NCBI GenBank assembly: GCA_015711725.1
Contig: JACVIX010000002.1
Location: forward strand, 1-54,979
DNA: 54,979 nucleotides
Source of the DNA: Candidatus Geothermincola primus
GTDB taxonomy: Bacteria; Actinomycetota; Geothermincolia; Geothermincolales; Geothermincolaceae
Direction of reading: 5' to 3'
Positions 10,777 through 20,355 of the stretch are shown one piece after another. The notes beneath the pieces are model-generated. The model searched no databases, was not told where the DNA came from, and was given only the letters and a program-made list of their open reading frames with translations. The position numbers were made by a program, and so were the translations under genes. Numbering within the stretch: the stretch's first letter is position 1; each line of letters begins with the position of its first letter.

Positions 10777-11269
10777 ATCATCGCATCACGGTCAGAATGA
10801 AGAAAGGGCCTGGCAACGGGCCCTATATTTTTTAGGGATAAAGAGCAGGACGGTAAGAGAAGTTGAACGTTATCTGGAAATAAAGGGTTACACACCTAAA
10901 TCTATTGCGGCAGTTGTGGGAAGGCTGGAAAGGGAAGGGTATCTGGACGACCAAAAATTAGCCCATCAAGTAGCGCGCAAGGCGCCAGAAAAGGGTTGGA
11001 GCTCGTTTAGAACTACCCAGGAGCTGATAAAAAGAGGCGTAGATAGGGGGTTGGCGCGGGAAGTGGTGGAGGAGGTATATGGGCTGCGGGATCTCCAAGT
11101 AGCTCTACGTCAGGGGAGAAAAAAATTAAGCTCATTACCCCAAGATATGGATGATGAAAAGATTGAGAGAAAGGTGGCCATGTATCTAAACCGTAAAGGT
11201 TTCCCCCCTCCGATCATCATAGAGGTACTGGATAAGCTAAGAGAGGAAAGAAACCGAATATTAAGATAG
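10706..11269 (+). CDS. recX: recombination regulator RecX
   Basis: Lies downstream of and overlapping recA. Has a RecX-type helical repeat ('[25 protein letters not shown]'). The probable start is the ATG at 10754 (MSPSPP...), which shortens the overlap with recA. Confidence 0.8.
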   Translation: MLSKKPKKPPKRKGKTMSPSPPDKSSHHGQNEERAWQRALYFLGIKSRTVREVERYLEIKGYTPKSIAAVVGRLEREGYLDDQKLAHQVARKAPEKGWSSFRTTQELIKRGVDRGLAREVVEEVYGLRDLQVALRQGRKKLSSLPQDMDDEKIERKVAMYLNRKGFPPPIIIEVLDKLREERNRILR

Positions 11270-11775
11270 AAATTGAAGGTCAGATTTGCGGTTACCCAAA
11301 TGGCATGTGCTTTAGCGAGAAAAAATTATAAAAATATAATGTAAGTTGTATAGACAAAATAGTCTCAACTCAATAGATGGAATAAATCTGATTGGGTTAG
11401 GCAGAAAGAATTTATCCGCGAAACCTATGGCTTTAGATGTCTTTAGGAATAATAAAATTGTGTAACGCATATGAATGGTTAGTATAACTAATCAAATTAA
11501 CGAATGAACAATCTTTTAGATCAGGAGTTCAGCTATTGCTCGCCATGATGCTTGAATAAAATAAAGTTAGAAAGTCAACTTAAAGGATGATAGACATTAT
11601 TTTTAAAGCTGCCGAGCGGATGAGAGAAACAAATTTTTTCCACTGATCTAAAAATACTGGTGAAAAACGAGTTTATCCTGAGAAAATCACTTTTATTATT
11701 GTGGAAAGAAAATTTTATAATAGCTGCGGCTTTCGAAAAAATTAGCTTCTGAAGTCGTACGAAGGTTAAACTTCC

Positions 11776-11805
11776 TTGACCACAAAGTTATAAGTAATCT
11801 AGAAT
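11776..11805 (+). promoter_or_regulatory. candidate sigma-70-type promoter for rny
   Basis: TTGACC (11776-11781), an 18-nt spacer, then TAGAAT (11800-11805), about 180 nt upstream of the rny ATG. Confidence 0.35.
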
Positions 11806-11919
11806 GATAAAAGAGCTTTTAGGCATAGTGTGGTAATAAATGGGGGCGCTTTTTGGCGCCGTTGAAGATATTAATATGTAGTTTCGACGAAGATTAAAGA
11901 ATACCTATTTATGAAACTT

Positions 11920-11945
11920 ATGCCGGGTAAAAGCTCGGCATTTTC
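11920..11945 (+). terminator. terminator-like hairpin in the rny 5' leader
   Basis: ATGCCG (11920-25) pairs with CGGCAT (11936-41) and is followed by TTTCC. It lies about 45 nt upstream of the rny start. Confidence 0.3.
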
Positions 11946-11986
11946 CATTGCATTATTATGACAAATATGCATAAAAGGAGGACAAA

Positions 11987-13522
11987 ATGATTGTATATAT
12001 AGCTTTAAGTCTGGGCGCTCTGGTTATCGGTGGCATAATAGGGGTGATAATCAGGAAGTATTTCGCGGAAGCCAAAATCACCTCAGCCGAAGCGGAGTCG
12101 AAACGTATACTTCAGGATGCGGAAAAGATAGCGGAGACAAAGAAGCGTGAAGCTATACTAGAGGCTAAGGATTATATCTTTAATATGAGAAATGAGGCTG
12201 AACAGGAGATAAAAGCTAGAAGAAGCGAGCTACAAAGATTTGAAAGAAGATTATTGCAGAGAGAGGAAGCATTAGACAACCGTACCGATAATATTGAGCG
12301 CAAAGAAAAGCAATTGGCGAATAGAGAAAATGAAATAAATGCGCTTAAGAATAAGTATGAACGTATGGTTGAAGAACAAAAAGCACTTCTGGAACAGACA
12401 GCAAACCTTACCAAAGATGAGGCGAGAAAGCTGCTCATGAAGCAGATAGAGGAGGAGACCAGGCTGGAAGCAGCTCAAATAATAAAGCAGATAGAAACCA
12501 AAGCGAGGGAAGAGGCGGAAAAACGTGCGAAAAATATTATCGCCATGGCAATACAGAGATGTGCCTCCGATCATGTGGCTGAGACCACGGTATCCGTGGT
12601 CTCCCTTCCTAATGATGAGATGAAGGGTAGAATTATCGGCAGGGAGGGACGTAACATTCGAACTTTCGAGACCCTTACCGGAATCAATCTTATAATTGAT
12701 GATACCCCTGAAGCCGTCATCCTCTCTAGTTTTGACCCAATCAGGAGAGAGATCGCCAGGCTCACTCTGGAAAGGCTTATAAATGATGGGAGGATTCAGC
12801 CCGCCAGGATCGAGGAGATGTATGAAAAGTCTAAAGCTGAAGTAGAGGCTGATATTAAGGATGCTGGGGAGCAAGCGGCTTTCGAGGCTGGCTTGCATGG
12901 ATTAAACCCGGAACTGATCAAAGTTATCGGAAGGCTAAAATATCGAACTAGCTATGGTCAGAACGTGCTCAAGCATTCTTTAGAGGTAGCACACCTAGCT
13001 GGGATAATGGCTGCGGAACTAAACATTGATATTAAATCCGCCAAAAGAGCTGGACTACTACATGATATAGGGAAGGCGATCGATCACGAGGTAGAGGGAT
13101 CTCATGCCATAATCGGGGCGGAGCTAGCGAGACGATTGAAGGAAAACCCCAATATTATTCATGCAATAGAGTCTCATCATGGAGAGGTTGAACCACGAAC
13201 TATCGAGGCAGTTCTAGTCCAAGCAGCTGATGCTATAAGCGCGGCGCGTCCCGGGGCGCGAAGGGAAACGCTAGAAAGTTACATTAAGAGATTGGAAAAA
13301 CTTGAGACTATCGCCGACTCATTCGAGGGCGTGGAGAGCTCTTATGCCTTGCAGGCGGGTCGCGAGATTAGAGTGATGGTAAAGAGCGACATAATTGATG
13401 ATGTCAGATGCGTGGCCCTCTCTAAAGAGCTCGCCAAACAGATAGAGGAAGAGCTTGACTATCCAGGGCAGATAAAAGTTACGGTTATCAGAGAGACCCG
13501 AGCGGTGGATTATGCGAAATAG
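11987..13522 (+). CDS. rny: ribonuclease Y
   Basis: N-terminal TM segment, long coiled coil, KH domain '[15 protein letters not shown]', and HD domain 'LLHDIGKA...ESHHG'. Confidence 0.97.
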   Translation: MIVYIALSLGALVIGGIIGVIIRKYFAEAKITSAEAESKRILQDAEKIAETKKREAILEAKDYIFNMRNEAEQEIKARRSELQRFERRLLQREEALDNRTDNIERKEKQLANRENEINALKNKYERMVEEQKALLEQTANLTKDEARKLLMKQIEEETRLEAAQIIKQIETKAREEAEKRAKNIIAMAIQRCASDHVAETTVSVVSLPNDEMKGRIIGREGRNIRTFETLTGINLIIDDTPEAVILSSFDPIRREIARLTLERLINDGRIQPARIEEMYEKSKAEVEADIKDAGEQAAFEAGLHGLNPELIKVIGRLKYRTSYGQNVLKHSLEVAHLAGIMAAELNIDIKSAKRAGLLHDIGKAIDHEVEGSHAIIGAELARRLKENPNIIHAIESHHGEVEPRTIEAVLVQAADAISAARPGARRETLESYIKRLEKLETIADSFEGVESSYALQAGREIRVMVKSDIIDDVRCVALSKELAKQIEEELDYPGQIKVTVIRETRAVDYAK

Positions 13523-14048
13523 ATAAATTTATATAAATTGAATATTTGTAAATCAATGTAATTAGAAAGGTCGTCACATGCCTGGAGGCTTATGCCGACA
13601 GGCAATTTTCATATTCAATACGTTTTATTCTATACATCCTCAAGGTAAAGTAGAAAATGTAGATGCGAGAAATGTTTCCTTCTGAAGGTTATGGCAGTGC
13701 GACAAAATGTGAACCAAAAAATAAGGGTAACGAGGGGAAAAGTCGATATGAGGGAACGTTTTTACTTAAAAATCAAGGATTTGAAGCTGAAAAACTACAC
13801 ACATGGTTGGCAGTTAAGCATATCTTGGAGAAGGGGATTTCAAGACATGTTTAGTCTGCGTCCAAGGGCAAATCTTAGACGCCCGGTCACGCCATTTTTA
13901 TTTTGCTGATCAAGCAATACACTGGGCACTTCTCATATAATTTTGAAGGGCTCTGAAGATATTATCCTATGCAGGATTGGATGGCCATCATATTGAAGTT
14001 ATAAGGGATAGAAGAGGGGTAGGCATAAAATAAGTAACCAGGTGAGAG

Positions 14049-15152
14049 ATGATTGAGAACCGGGCCGAAAGGGAAAAACTTTTCAAATTCGTAAAGGAGT
14101 TTGCTCGCAAATCTACCCTAACCATCGAGGAGGATTTGGGAAACGGCTATGTAAGGCTCAGGGTGACTGAGGCGGAGAAGAGGCAAGCACTACAGGATAT
14201 ACGTTGCGTGGAAGACGTGGTTAGGGAATTGGTGAGAAATTCCAGGGACGCTAACTCCCGTAGGATCTATGTGGCTTCCCAGAAAGAGAAAAATCGTTGG
14301 CGATATATCACGGTTATAGATGATGGAAAGGGAATACCCGAAAGCGTTCAGAAGAGAATATTCGATTCCAGAGTGACATCTAAAGCCGAGGAAGTCGTAG
14401 AAGACCTATTTGGGATTCACGGAAGGGGCATGGCCCTCTTTTCTATAAAAAACACTGTGGATAGCATCCATCTGGTTAGATCGGAAGAGGGGAGAGGCGC
14501 TATATTCAAGGTAGTTATTGATACACATAAGTTGAACGAAAAAGGGGATCAATCAACTTTTCCCCGTTTAAACATGGAGGAAGGTCGCATAATTCCTCAA
14601 GGAACTCGCAATATCTTACATACTCTGGTTGAGTTCGTTTTTGAGGAAAATCCTCCTGAAATATTTTACGGGTCTAACTCGGAAACGCTTTCACTTCTTT
14701 ACGCGCACTCAAATGAGATTTTAAGGATACAGCCACACAGTAGTAGTGAGGATAAAAGCATTTTACCCATGTGGCACGATATATCCTTGATAAAAGAAGG
14801 AAAGAGATTACAGGAGTACGCGGAAGGCCTGGGTTTAGAGGTTTCCCAGCGCAATGCCTTCAGAATCTTAGATGGGGAAATTAACCCCCCACCTTCAATT
14901 AACCAACGTGCAGAATGTGTTCTGCCAACGCATAAGGAAATTATGGATCGACCAAAGCCCGAGAGCAAAGAGAGATTTCTACCTGGAAATCTTAGCAAAA
15001 GGTTCAGTGAAGATGATTTGGATATAATTAAATGCAAATTGACCGAAGCCTGTAACCTGATAGGCAAGAAATATTTCCTCAAAGTGGTGGAGTGCAAAGC
15101 GAAGAAGGCTAGGGATAAGATTAACTTCACTATAGTAGTTGAGGACGAATAA
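14049..15152 (+). CDS. GHKL-superfamily ATPase domain protein, MutL-N-like (HATPase_c_3 type), with an unassigned C-terminal half
   Basis: The motif order is that of the MutL N-terminus: 'ELVRNSRDA' (ExxxNxxDA), 'VIDDGKGIP' (DxGxG), 'SRVTSK' (ATSK-like) and 'FGIHGRGMALFSI' (GFRGEAL-like). No DHp/His-kinase dimerisation region or MutL C-terminal domain is recognisable. Confidence 0.6.
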   Translation: MIENRAEREKLFKFVKEFARKSTLTIEEDLGNGYVRLRVTEAEKRQALQDIRCVEDVVRELVRNSRDANSRRIYVASQKEKNRWRYITVIDDGKGIPESVQKRIFDSRVTSKAEEVVEDLFGIHGRGMALFSIKNTVDSIHLVRSEEGRGAIFKVVIDTHKLNEKGDQSTFPRLNMEEGRIIPQGTRNILHTLVEFVFEENPPEIFYGSNSETLSLLYAHSNEILRIQPHSSSEDKSILPMWHDISLIKEGKRLQEYAEGLGLEVSQRNAFRILDGEINPPPSINQRAECVLPTHKEIMDRPKPESKERFLPGNLSKRFSEDDLDIIKCKLTEACNLIGKKYFLKVVECKAKKARDKINFTIVVEDE

Positions 15153-15895
15153 ATAAGACGATTAAATAAATAAAACAAATAAAATAATTTACCAATGAGG
15201 CACTTCCGCTTTGCGTTAATCATCGTCTTCGCTGACTAGAAGTATCATCTCTATGGTGGTATTGCCAATATTCGTTGGTGCGAAGCGTTTTGCTTATTAC
15301 TCCCGTGGCGATCACCTCTCGGTATTGGTAGTTAAGATAAGCCATGCTCTTCAGTTTACCCTGTTTATCAATTACCAATAGCTTAATATTACGGAAATAA
15401 TTGTTTTACCTTCGTTTAGCAGGGTAAGATGTGCCACACATCCAATCTTCATTACCGCTTATGGCCAGATAAAGCTTAAAACGAAGGGCGTGGATTTTAA
15501 CCCCATAATTATACAAATAAAAAATTCTACCCCACATTTTTTTCAAGGATTTAGTTATAAAAAGTGCGAGGAAGTAAAAGAATAACCGTTGGATTTTATG
15601 GGCTCATATAAGAAGAACGAGGAACTTTCCCCTTAACTGGCAAATGAGTGTTTTTCGCTATATAAATTCCAGGGTGGAAATTTAATTAATTTCAAAACGG
15701 TAAGCATGATAGCTTTACTTATTTCAAAAATTGTGGCATATTCGATAAATAGCCGTTGTATCATATGAAAGTCGGAAGTGAATTATCTTAACAGGAGTAA
15801 CGATATAATTCATAATTTAATATTTTTGATAAACATATAAAAAATTAATCAAATCCAGCTATTGTTGAATATGTGACAGGGGAGGAATAACGCAA

Positions 15896-16156
15896 ATGGA
15901 AGTTTTAAAAGTTTCATCGAAGTCAAATCCTAACTCGGTGGCTGGTGCTTTGGCGGGGGTGCTCAGGGAAGAAGGCGAGGCAGAAATCCAAGTTATAGGA
16001 GCGGGCGCTTTGAATCAGGCCATCAAAGCAATAGCGATCGCCCGCGGTTTCGTAGCGCCTAGTGGGATCGATCTTATTTGTGTGCCCGCTTTCACAGATA
16101 TTATGATCGATGGCGAGGAGAGAACTGCAATTAAACTTACTGTGGAATCTCGATAA
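15896..16156 (+). CDS. spoVS: stage V sporulation protein S family protein
   Basis: The 86-aa product 'MEVLKVSSKSNPNSVAGALAGVLRE...IKAIAIARGF' is a full-length SpoVS-type sequence. Confidence 0.92.
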   Translation: MEVLKVSSKSNPNSVAGALAGVLREEGEAEIQVIGAGALNQAIKAIAIARGFVAPSGIDLICVPAFTDIMIDGEERTAIKLTVESR

Positions 16157-16220
16157 ACTTTCGATAGCTAAGTTGTACTAACTTCTTCAATCTAAGATGA
16201 TTGATGAGAAGGAATAAGAG

Positions 16221-16637
16221 ATGGAAATAGTAAAATTGATTTTTTTCATATTGTTAATAATCGTTACCCCCTTAATTACCATATTCATTATAAGGATATT
16301 GCTTAAAGCATCCCATGCTCTAGACCAAATAAACACCACACTGGAAGACGCTAGGCCTCAAGTAAACATGTTTCTATCCAATTTAAACACTACCCTAGAT
16401 GATGTGAATGACGAGATGGGAAGAGTGATCGAAATAACTAGTGAGGCACAAGAAGTGCTTGCGCGACTTGAAAGCGGCATGCTTTCGGCTGAGAAGGCTA
16501 TGCAGTCCCCTGCGGCTCGCTATGGTGGGGTGGCTTTGGGACTGCTGACCACCTCTTTGCTTTTCGGCTCCCAGGCGAGAAGAGCCAGAAAAATGATTAA
16601 AAAATCAGGCAAGTTAAAGAAGAAGGAGAGAAAGTAA
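16221..16637 (+). CDS. DUF948-like membrane-anchored coiled-coil protein
   Basis: N-terminal TM segment 'LIFFILLIIVTPLITIFII', a central coiled coil, and a Lys-rich tail. Confidence 0.55.
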   Translation: MEIVKLIFFILLIIVTPLITIFIIRILLKASHALDQINTTLEDARPQVNMFLSNLNTTLDDVNDEMGRVIEITSEAQEVLARLESGMLSAEKAMQSPAARYGGVALGLLTTSLLFGSQARRARKMIKKSGKLKKKERK

Positions 16638-16734
16638 GATCGCCCGCCTTTCCCTTTCTAGCGCTTCATTATACAGTTGGGATCTCGAAGATTTCTTTTC
16701 CATTGCCCGCCAGGCGGGCATAAGAAATGTCGAG

Positions 16735-17427
16735 TTGATGGTCGACAAACGCCCGGAGACGCAAAATTGGGAAACGCTCAGGCGCCTTTCGGAAGATAAA
16801 GAGATTCATATATCCAGTATCCACGCGCCATTCCTCCTTGCCAGCCGAAAGGTTTGGGGAAAGCCTCAGGAAAAAATAAGAAAAAGCGTTGAGTTAGCGA
16901 AAAAATTGCGTTCGCAAATCGTGGTGATTCATCTCCCATATATCTGGCAGGTAAAATACGCGGATTGGCTATATCGTAACATCAACAGTTTTAGCCGGGC
17001 TGAAAATATCGAGGTCGCCGTGGAAAATGCGATCCTGGTAAAATTCTGGAAGCGGTGGAATCTATCCTACTTCAACAACCTTGGAGAGCTATCCCATTTT
17101 GAAAATCTTGTCTTCGATACTAGCCATTTTGCCATAAGCAGAACAAATCTTTTCAATGCGTGGGATTGTTTGAAGGGAAAGGTAAGGCATATCCACCTTT
17201 CCAACAACTTTCTAAAGGGGTTCGACGACCATGCTCTTCCATTCAAAGGTAGGCTCCCTTTGGATTCCTTTCTCCAACGAGTGGCTGCCGACGGTTACGA
17301 TAGAGATATAGTTCTGGAATTAAGCCCCAACTCCCTCGAGGCTAAATGGGGGCGGTCGACGATAATCTATAATCTCCAAGCCTCAATGGAGTTTTGCAGG
17401 TCGCATCTTAAAATAGATCTCAATTGA
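16735..17427 (+). CDS. sugar phosphate isomerase/epimerase (xylose-isomerase-like TIM barrel)
   Basis: Contains 'ISSIHAPF', 'VVIHLP' and 'VAVEN'. The conserved first beta-alpha unit ('IARLSLSSASLYSWDLEDFFSIARQAGIRNVEL') lies in frame upstream at 16639-16734, so the real start is probably near 16639 (see finding). Confidence 0.7.
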   Translation: MMVDKRPETQNWETLRRLSEDKEIHISSIHAPFLLASRKVWGKPQEKIRKSVELAKKLRSQIVVIHLPYIWQVKYADWLYRNINSFSRAENIEVAVENAILVKFWKRWNLSYFNNLGELSHFENLVFDTSHFAISRTNLFNAWDCLKGKVRHIHLSNNFLKGFDDHALPFKGRLPLDSFLQRVAADGYDRDIVLELSPNSLEAKWGRSTIIYNLQASMEFCRSHLKIDLN

Positions 17428-17489
17428 TAAGTCCTTGAATATCTATACTTCTATTAACCTTCTTGAGTGCTTAATCATATAATGTTTGT

Positions 17490-18818
17490 ATGAAGTTTGC
17501 CACGGTGGTTTTCGGTTGCCAGATGAACATACATGACTCCGAAAGGATCGACGGTCTCTTGACCTCCGAGGGGTGGGAAAAGACGGAAAACCTCAAGAGT
17601 GCAGACGTAGTGATCCTGCTCACCTGCTGTGTGAGGGAAAGCGCGGAGGAGAGGTTCTGGGGATATCTACAATCATTAAAACCTCTGAAGCGGAAGGGCA
17701 CAATTTTCGCTGTCGGGGGCTGTTTGGCCCAGGAGATTGGAACCGGGATATTTAATAGGGCCCCTCATGTGGACTTGGTTTTTGGAACTCATCAATATGT
17801 CAATATCCTGGATCTGATTTGGCGGTCTATGAAAGGCCCGGTATGTTCCCTGGAGATGGATGGGTTAAATTTGGCATCAGCCCCCCTTCGTCGCAGAGAG
17901 GGTTTCCGCGCCTGGGTTCCGATCATCCATGGTTGCAATAATTTCTGCAGTTATTGCATTGTCCCGTACACTCGGGGTAAGGAGATAAGCAGGCCAAGGG
18001 AAGAAATTTTTCGGGAGATAGACAGGTTAGCTCAAGAAGGGGTGAAAGAAATAGTATTATTAGGCCAGAACGTGAATTCCTATGGTAAAGATATATATGG
18101 ACACAGGGAATTTCCCCGTCTACTGGGCGAGATTGCGGAGAGGCTACCGGGTGTTTGGGTAAGATTCCTTACCTCGCACCCACGGGATTTTGATGAGGCC
18201 TTAGTAGAAGTGGTATCTTCCCATGACAATATTTGCCGTTATATACACCTACCTGTGCAGGCGGGATCCGATCGCATCTTGTTAAAAATGAATCGGGGAT
18301 ATAACCGCGACTTTTACTTAAGGCTGGTGGAGTTGATAAGAGAGAGGTCGCCGCGATGCTCCATCTCCACCGATATCATTGTGGGGTTTCCGGGAGAAAA
18401 GGAGAGGGATTTCCAGGACACCGTCGATCTTGTGGAACGTTGCGCCTTCGATTCGGCGTTTACCTATATATACAATCGAAGAGAAGGCACCAAGGCAGCT
18501 GAGCTGGGAGGTGAGGTGCCGCGCGAAAAGATAATGGAACGATTCCATAAGCTGACCTCACTTACGGATAAGCTTACCTTTGAGAGTAATCGTAGGGAGC
18601 GGGGAAGCGTACAAGTTGTTCTGGTTGAAGGCAAGAGCAAGAAAGACCAAGAAAATATGTTGAAAGGAAGGACTTCTAGAAATAAAGTGGTTAACTTTCT
18701 GGGGGAGGAAAAACTTATTGGGGAATTCGTTCGGGTGAAGATAGAAGAGGCAGGAAAGTTCAGTCTTTTGGGAAGGATTGTGCCTGATAAGGAAAGTTCG
18801 AGACAACATTCGGAATGA
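17490..18818 (+). CDS. miaB: tRNA-2-methylthio-N6-dimethylallyladenosine synthase
   Basis: UPF0004 N-terminus 'FGCQMN', radical-SAM motif 'CNNFCSYCIVPYTRG', and a TRAM domain at the C-terminus. Confidence 0.93.
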   Translation: MKFATVVFGCQMNIHDSERIDGLLTSEGWEKTENLKSADVVILLTCCVRESAEERFWGYLQSLKPLKRKGTIFAVGGCLAQEIGTGIFNRAPHVDLVFGTHQYVNILDLIWRSMKGPVCSLEMDGLNLASAPLRRREGFRAWVPIIHGCNNFCSYCIVPYTRGKEISRPREEIFREIDRLAQEGVKEIVLLGQNVNSYGKDIYGHREFPRLLGEIAERLPGVWVRFLTSHPRDFDEALVEVVSSHDNICRYIHLPVQAGSDRILLKMNRGYNRDFYLRLVELIRERSPRCSISTDIIVGFPGEKERDFQDTVDLVERCAFDSAFTYIYNRREGTKAAELGGEVPREKIMERFHKLTSLTDKLTFESNRRERGSVQVVLVEGKSKKDQENMLKGRTSRNKVVNFLGEEKLIGEFVRVKIEEAGKFSLLGRIVPDKESSRQHSE

Positions 18819-18860
18819 TCGTAGCTTTTAAAACGTTCTTTTAAACGGTCATGTTATAAA

Positions 18861-18880
18861 ATAAAAGCGAATAAAAGCGA
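18861..18880. repeat. 10-bp perfect tandem duplication
   Basis: ATAAAAGCGA occurs twice back to back in the miaB-to-LigB-like spacer. Confidence 0.9.
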
Positions 18881-18906
18881 GGACGTTTAAGAGAAGGGGG
18901 TCGCTG

Positions 18907-19749
18907 ATGTCCGATAATTTAAATCTTCTTGCGGGATGTATCGTCCCTCACCCTCCATTGTTGATACCTGAGATTGGGGGGAGGGATTTGGTCAAGGTGG
19001 AAAGCACAAAGAGAGCTATGGAGGAAATCGCCGATAGGATTAAATTCCTGGAGCCGGAAGTATTGTTTTTGATATCGCCGCATAGTCCTATATTAGCCAG
19101 GTCTTTCGGCGTAAAGTTATCCCAGGATCTGGAAGGCAGTTTTGCCAACTTTGGCTGTCCTCAAGTGAGGATTAGAAAGCAGAACGATGTGGATCTAGCG
19201 ATGAAGATTATCGATTTAGGAAGGGATAGAGGGATAGAAGTGGAGCCGATCAAAGGCATGAGGGGGAGATGGTTGAGCGAGGGCGAGGAGCTCGACCACG
19301 GCTCTTTAGTGCCTCTTTATTATATCGATCAAAAAATCGATATCCCTGTCGTTTCTGCATCTATATCCTATTTAAGTTATAGGGATCATTTCAGGTTTGG
19401 TGAAATAATAAGGGAAGCTTGTGAAGAGCTGGGACGTAAGATGGTGTTCGTAGCCAGCGGAGATCTTTCCCACCGGTTGTTGCCAGGAGCTCCCGCTGGT
19501 TTCAATCCCAGAGGCAAGGAATTCGATCAAGCCATCGTAGATATCGTCTCATCCGGTTCTTTCGAAAGTATTTACGACATCGAAGAAGAGTTGGTAGAAG
19601 ATGCGGGGGAATGCGGTTTCAGATCCATTCATACTCTCTGGGGATCATTGAGCAAATATCAACTGGAAAATTATCTACTCTCCTATGAGGGCCCGTTCGG
19701 GGTAGGATACTTGGTCTCGTATCACCAATGTCTTAAAGAGAGCGCTTAG
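18907..19749 (+). CDS. class III extradiol dioxygenase (LigB-like) family protein, AMMECR1-associated
   Basis: Contains 'VPHPPLLIPEIGG', 'SPHSP', 'DHGSLVPLYY' and 'ASGDLSHRL'. It is immediately followed by an AMMECR1 gene; the two domains occur fused in other organisms, as far as I recall. Confidence 0.7.
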   Translation: MSDNLNLLAGCIVPHPPLLIPEIGGRDLVKVESTKRAMEEIADRIKFLEPEVLFLISPHSPILARSFGVKLSQDLEGSFANFGCPQVRIRKQNDVDLAMKIIDLGRDRGIEVEPIKGMRGRWLSEGEELDHGSLVPLYYIDQKIDIPVVSASISYLSYRDHFRFGEIIREACEELGRKMVFVASGDLSHRLLPGAPAGFNPRGKEFDQAIVDIVSSGSFESIYDIEEELVEDAGECGFRSIHTLWGSLSKYQLENYLLSYEGPFGVGYLVSYHQCLKESA

Positions 19750-19763
19750 GAAGGGGGTAAGAG

Positions 19764-20345
19764 TTGGAACCCAAGGGAGAAAAGGATAACACGAGTAATG
19801 CGATTCCTGGAGGGATGAGAGGAGAAAAGGGAGAGAGCGATTTAGTGAAACTCGCGAAGAGGTCTATAGAGGCCATAGTGAGAGAAGGAAGACTGCTCTC
19901 TAGATCCGATTGCCCCGAACTTGTGGAAAAGATAAAAGGCAGCGCAGGAGCTTTTGTCAGCATAAAGAAAAGAGGTCAATTGAGGGGATGCATTGGTACT
20001 TTCCGACCCACGAGAAAAGACCTCGCCGATGAAATTATTTATAATGCGGTAAGCGCTTGCCAGCATGATCCTCGATTTCCTCCGGTAAGAGAGGATGAAC
20101 TGGAAGAACTAGAGATAACAGTTGACGTGCTGGAGGAACCTGAGCCTGTACCTGGCCCAGAGTTTCTGGATCCTAAAGAATACGGAGTGATCGTCAAAAG
20201 TGGTCCCAAAACGGGGTTGTTATTGCCCGACCTTGAGGGAGTGGATACCGTGGAGGAGCAGATAGATATAGCCAGGCGAAAGGCGGGGATTATGCCAGGA
20301 GAACCTTTGCAACTCTTCAGGTTCAGGGTTTCCCGGCACAAATAA
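19764..20345 (+). CDS. AMMECR1 domain protein
   Basis: Contains '[18 protein letters not shown]' and '[11 protein letters not shown]'. The start may be the downstream ATG at 'MRGEKGES'. Confidence 0.88.
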   Translation: MEPKGEKDNTSNAIPGGMRGEKGESDLVKLAKRSIEAIVREGRLLSRSDCPELVEKIKGSAGAFVSIKKRGQLRGCIGTFRPTRKDLADEIIYNAVSACQHDPRFPPVREDELEELEITVDVLEEPEPVPGPEFLDPKEYGVIVKSGPKTGLLLPDLEGVDTVEEQIDIARRKAGIMPGEPLQLFRFRVSRHK

Positions 20346-20355
20346 AAACTGATTT

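Noticed and set aside
12272-12898. Long antisense ORFs opposite well-supported genes. These include 12272..12898(-) opposite rny, 29606..30142(-) opposite manC-like, 14699..15223(-), 9444..9926(-), 7041..7502(-), 652..1131(-), 35236..35595(-), 34787..35245(-) and 21971..22327(-).
   Set aside because: Each lies inside or across a sense-strand gene with strong family motifs. Their translations are low-complexity (S/L/R/P-rich) with no recognisable motifs and no SD. They are typical shadow ORFs.
13663-13909. Two overlapping small ORFs (63 and 72 aa) in the rny to GHKL-ATPase spacer.
   Set aside because: They have overlapping frames, basic low-complexity sequence, no SD and no motif. They are probably chance ORFs in an AT-rich spacer.
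18861-18880. CRISPR arrays or other multi-copy repeats. I checked all the tandem repeats I found (18861-80, 33326-53, 39687-714).
   Set aside because: All are two-copy, 10-14 bp duplications with no spacers, and no cas genes are present. They are not CRISPR.
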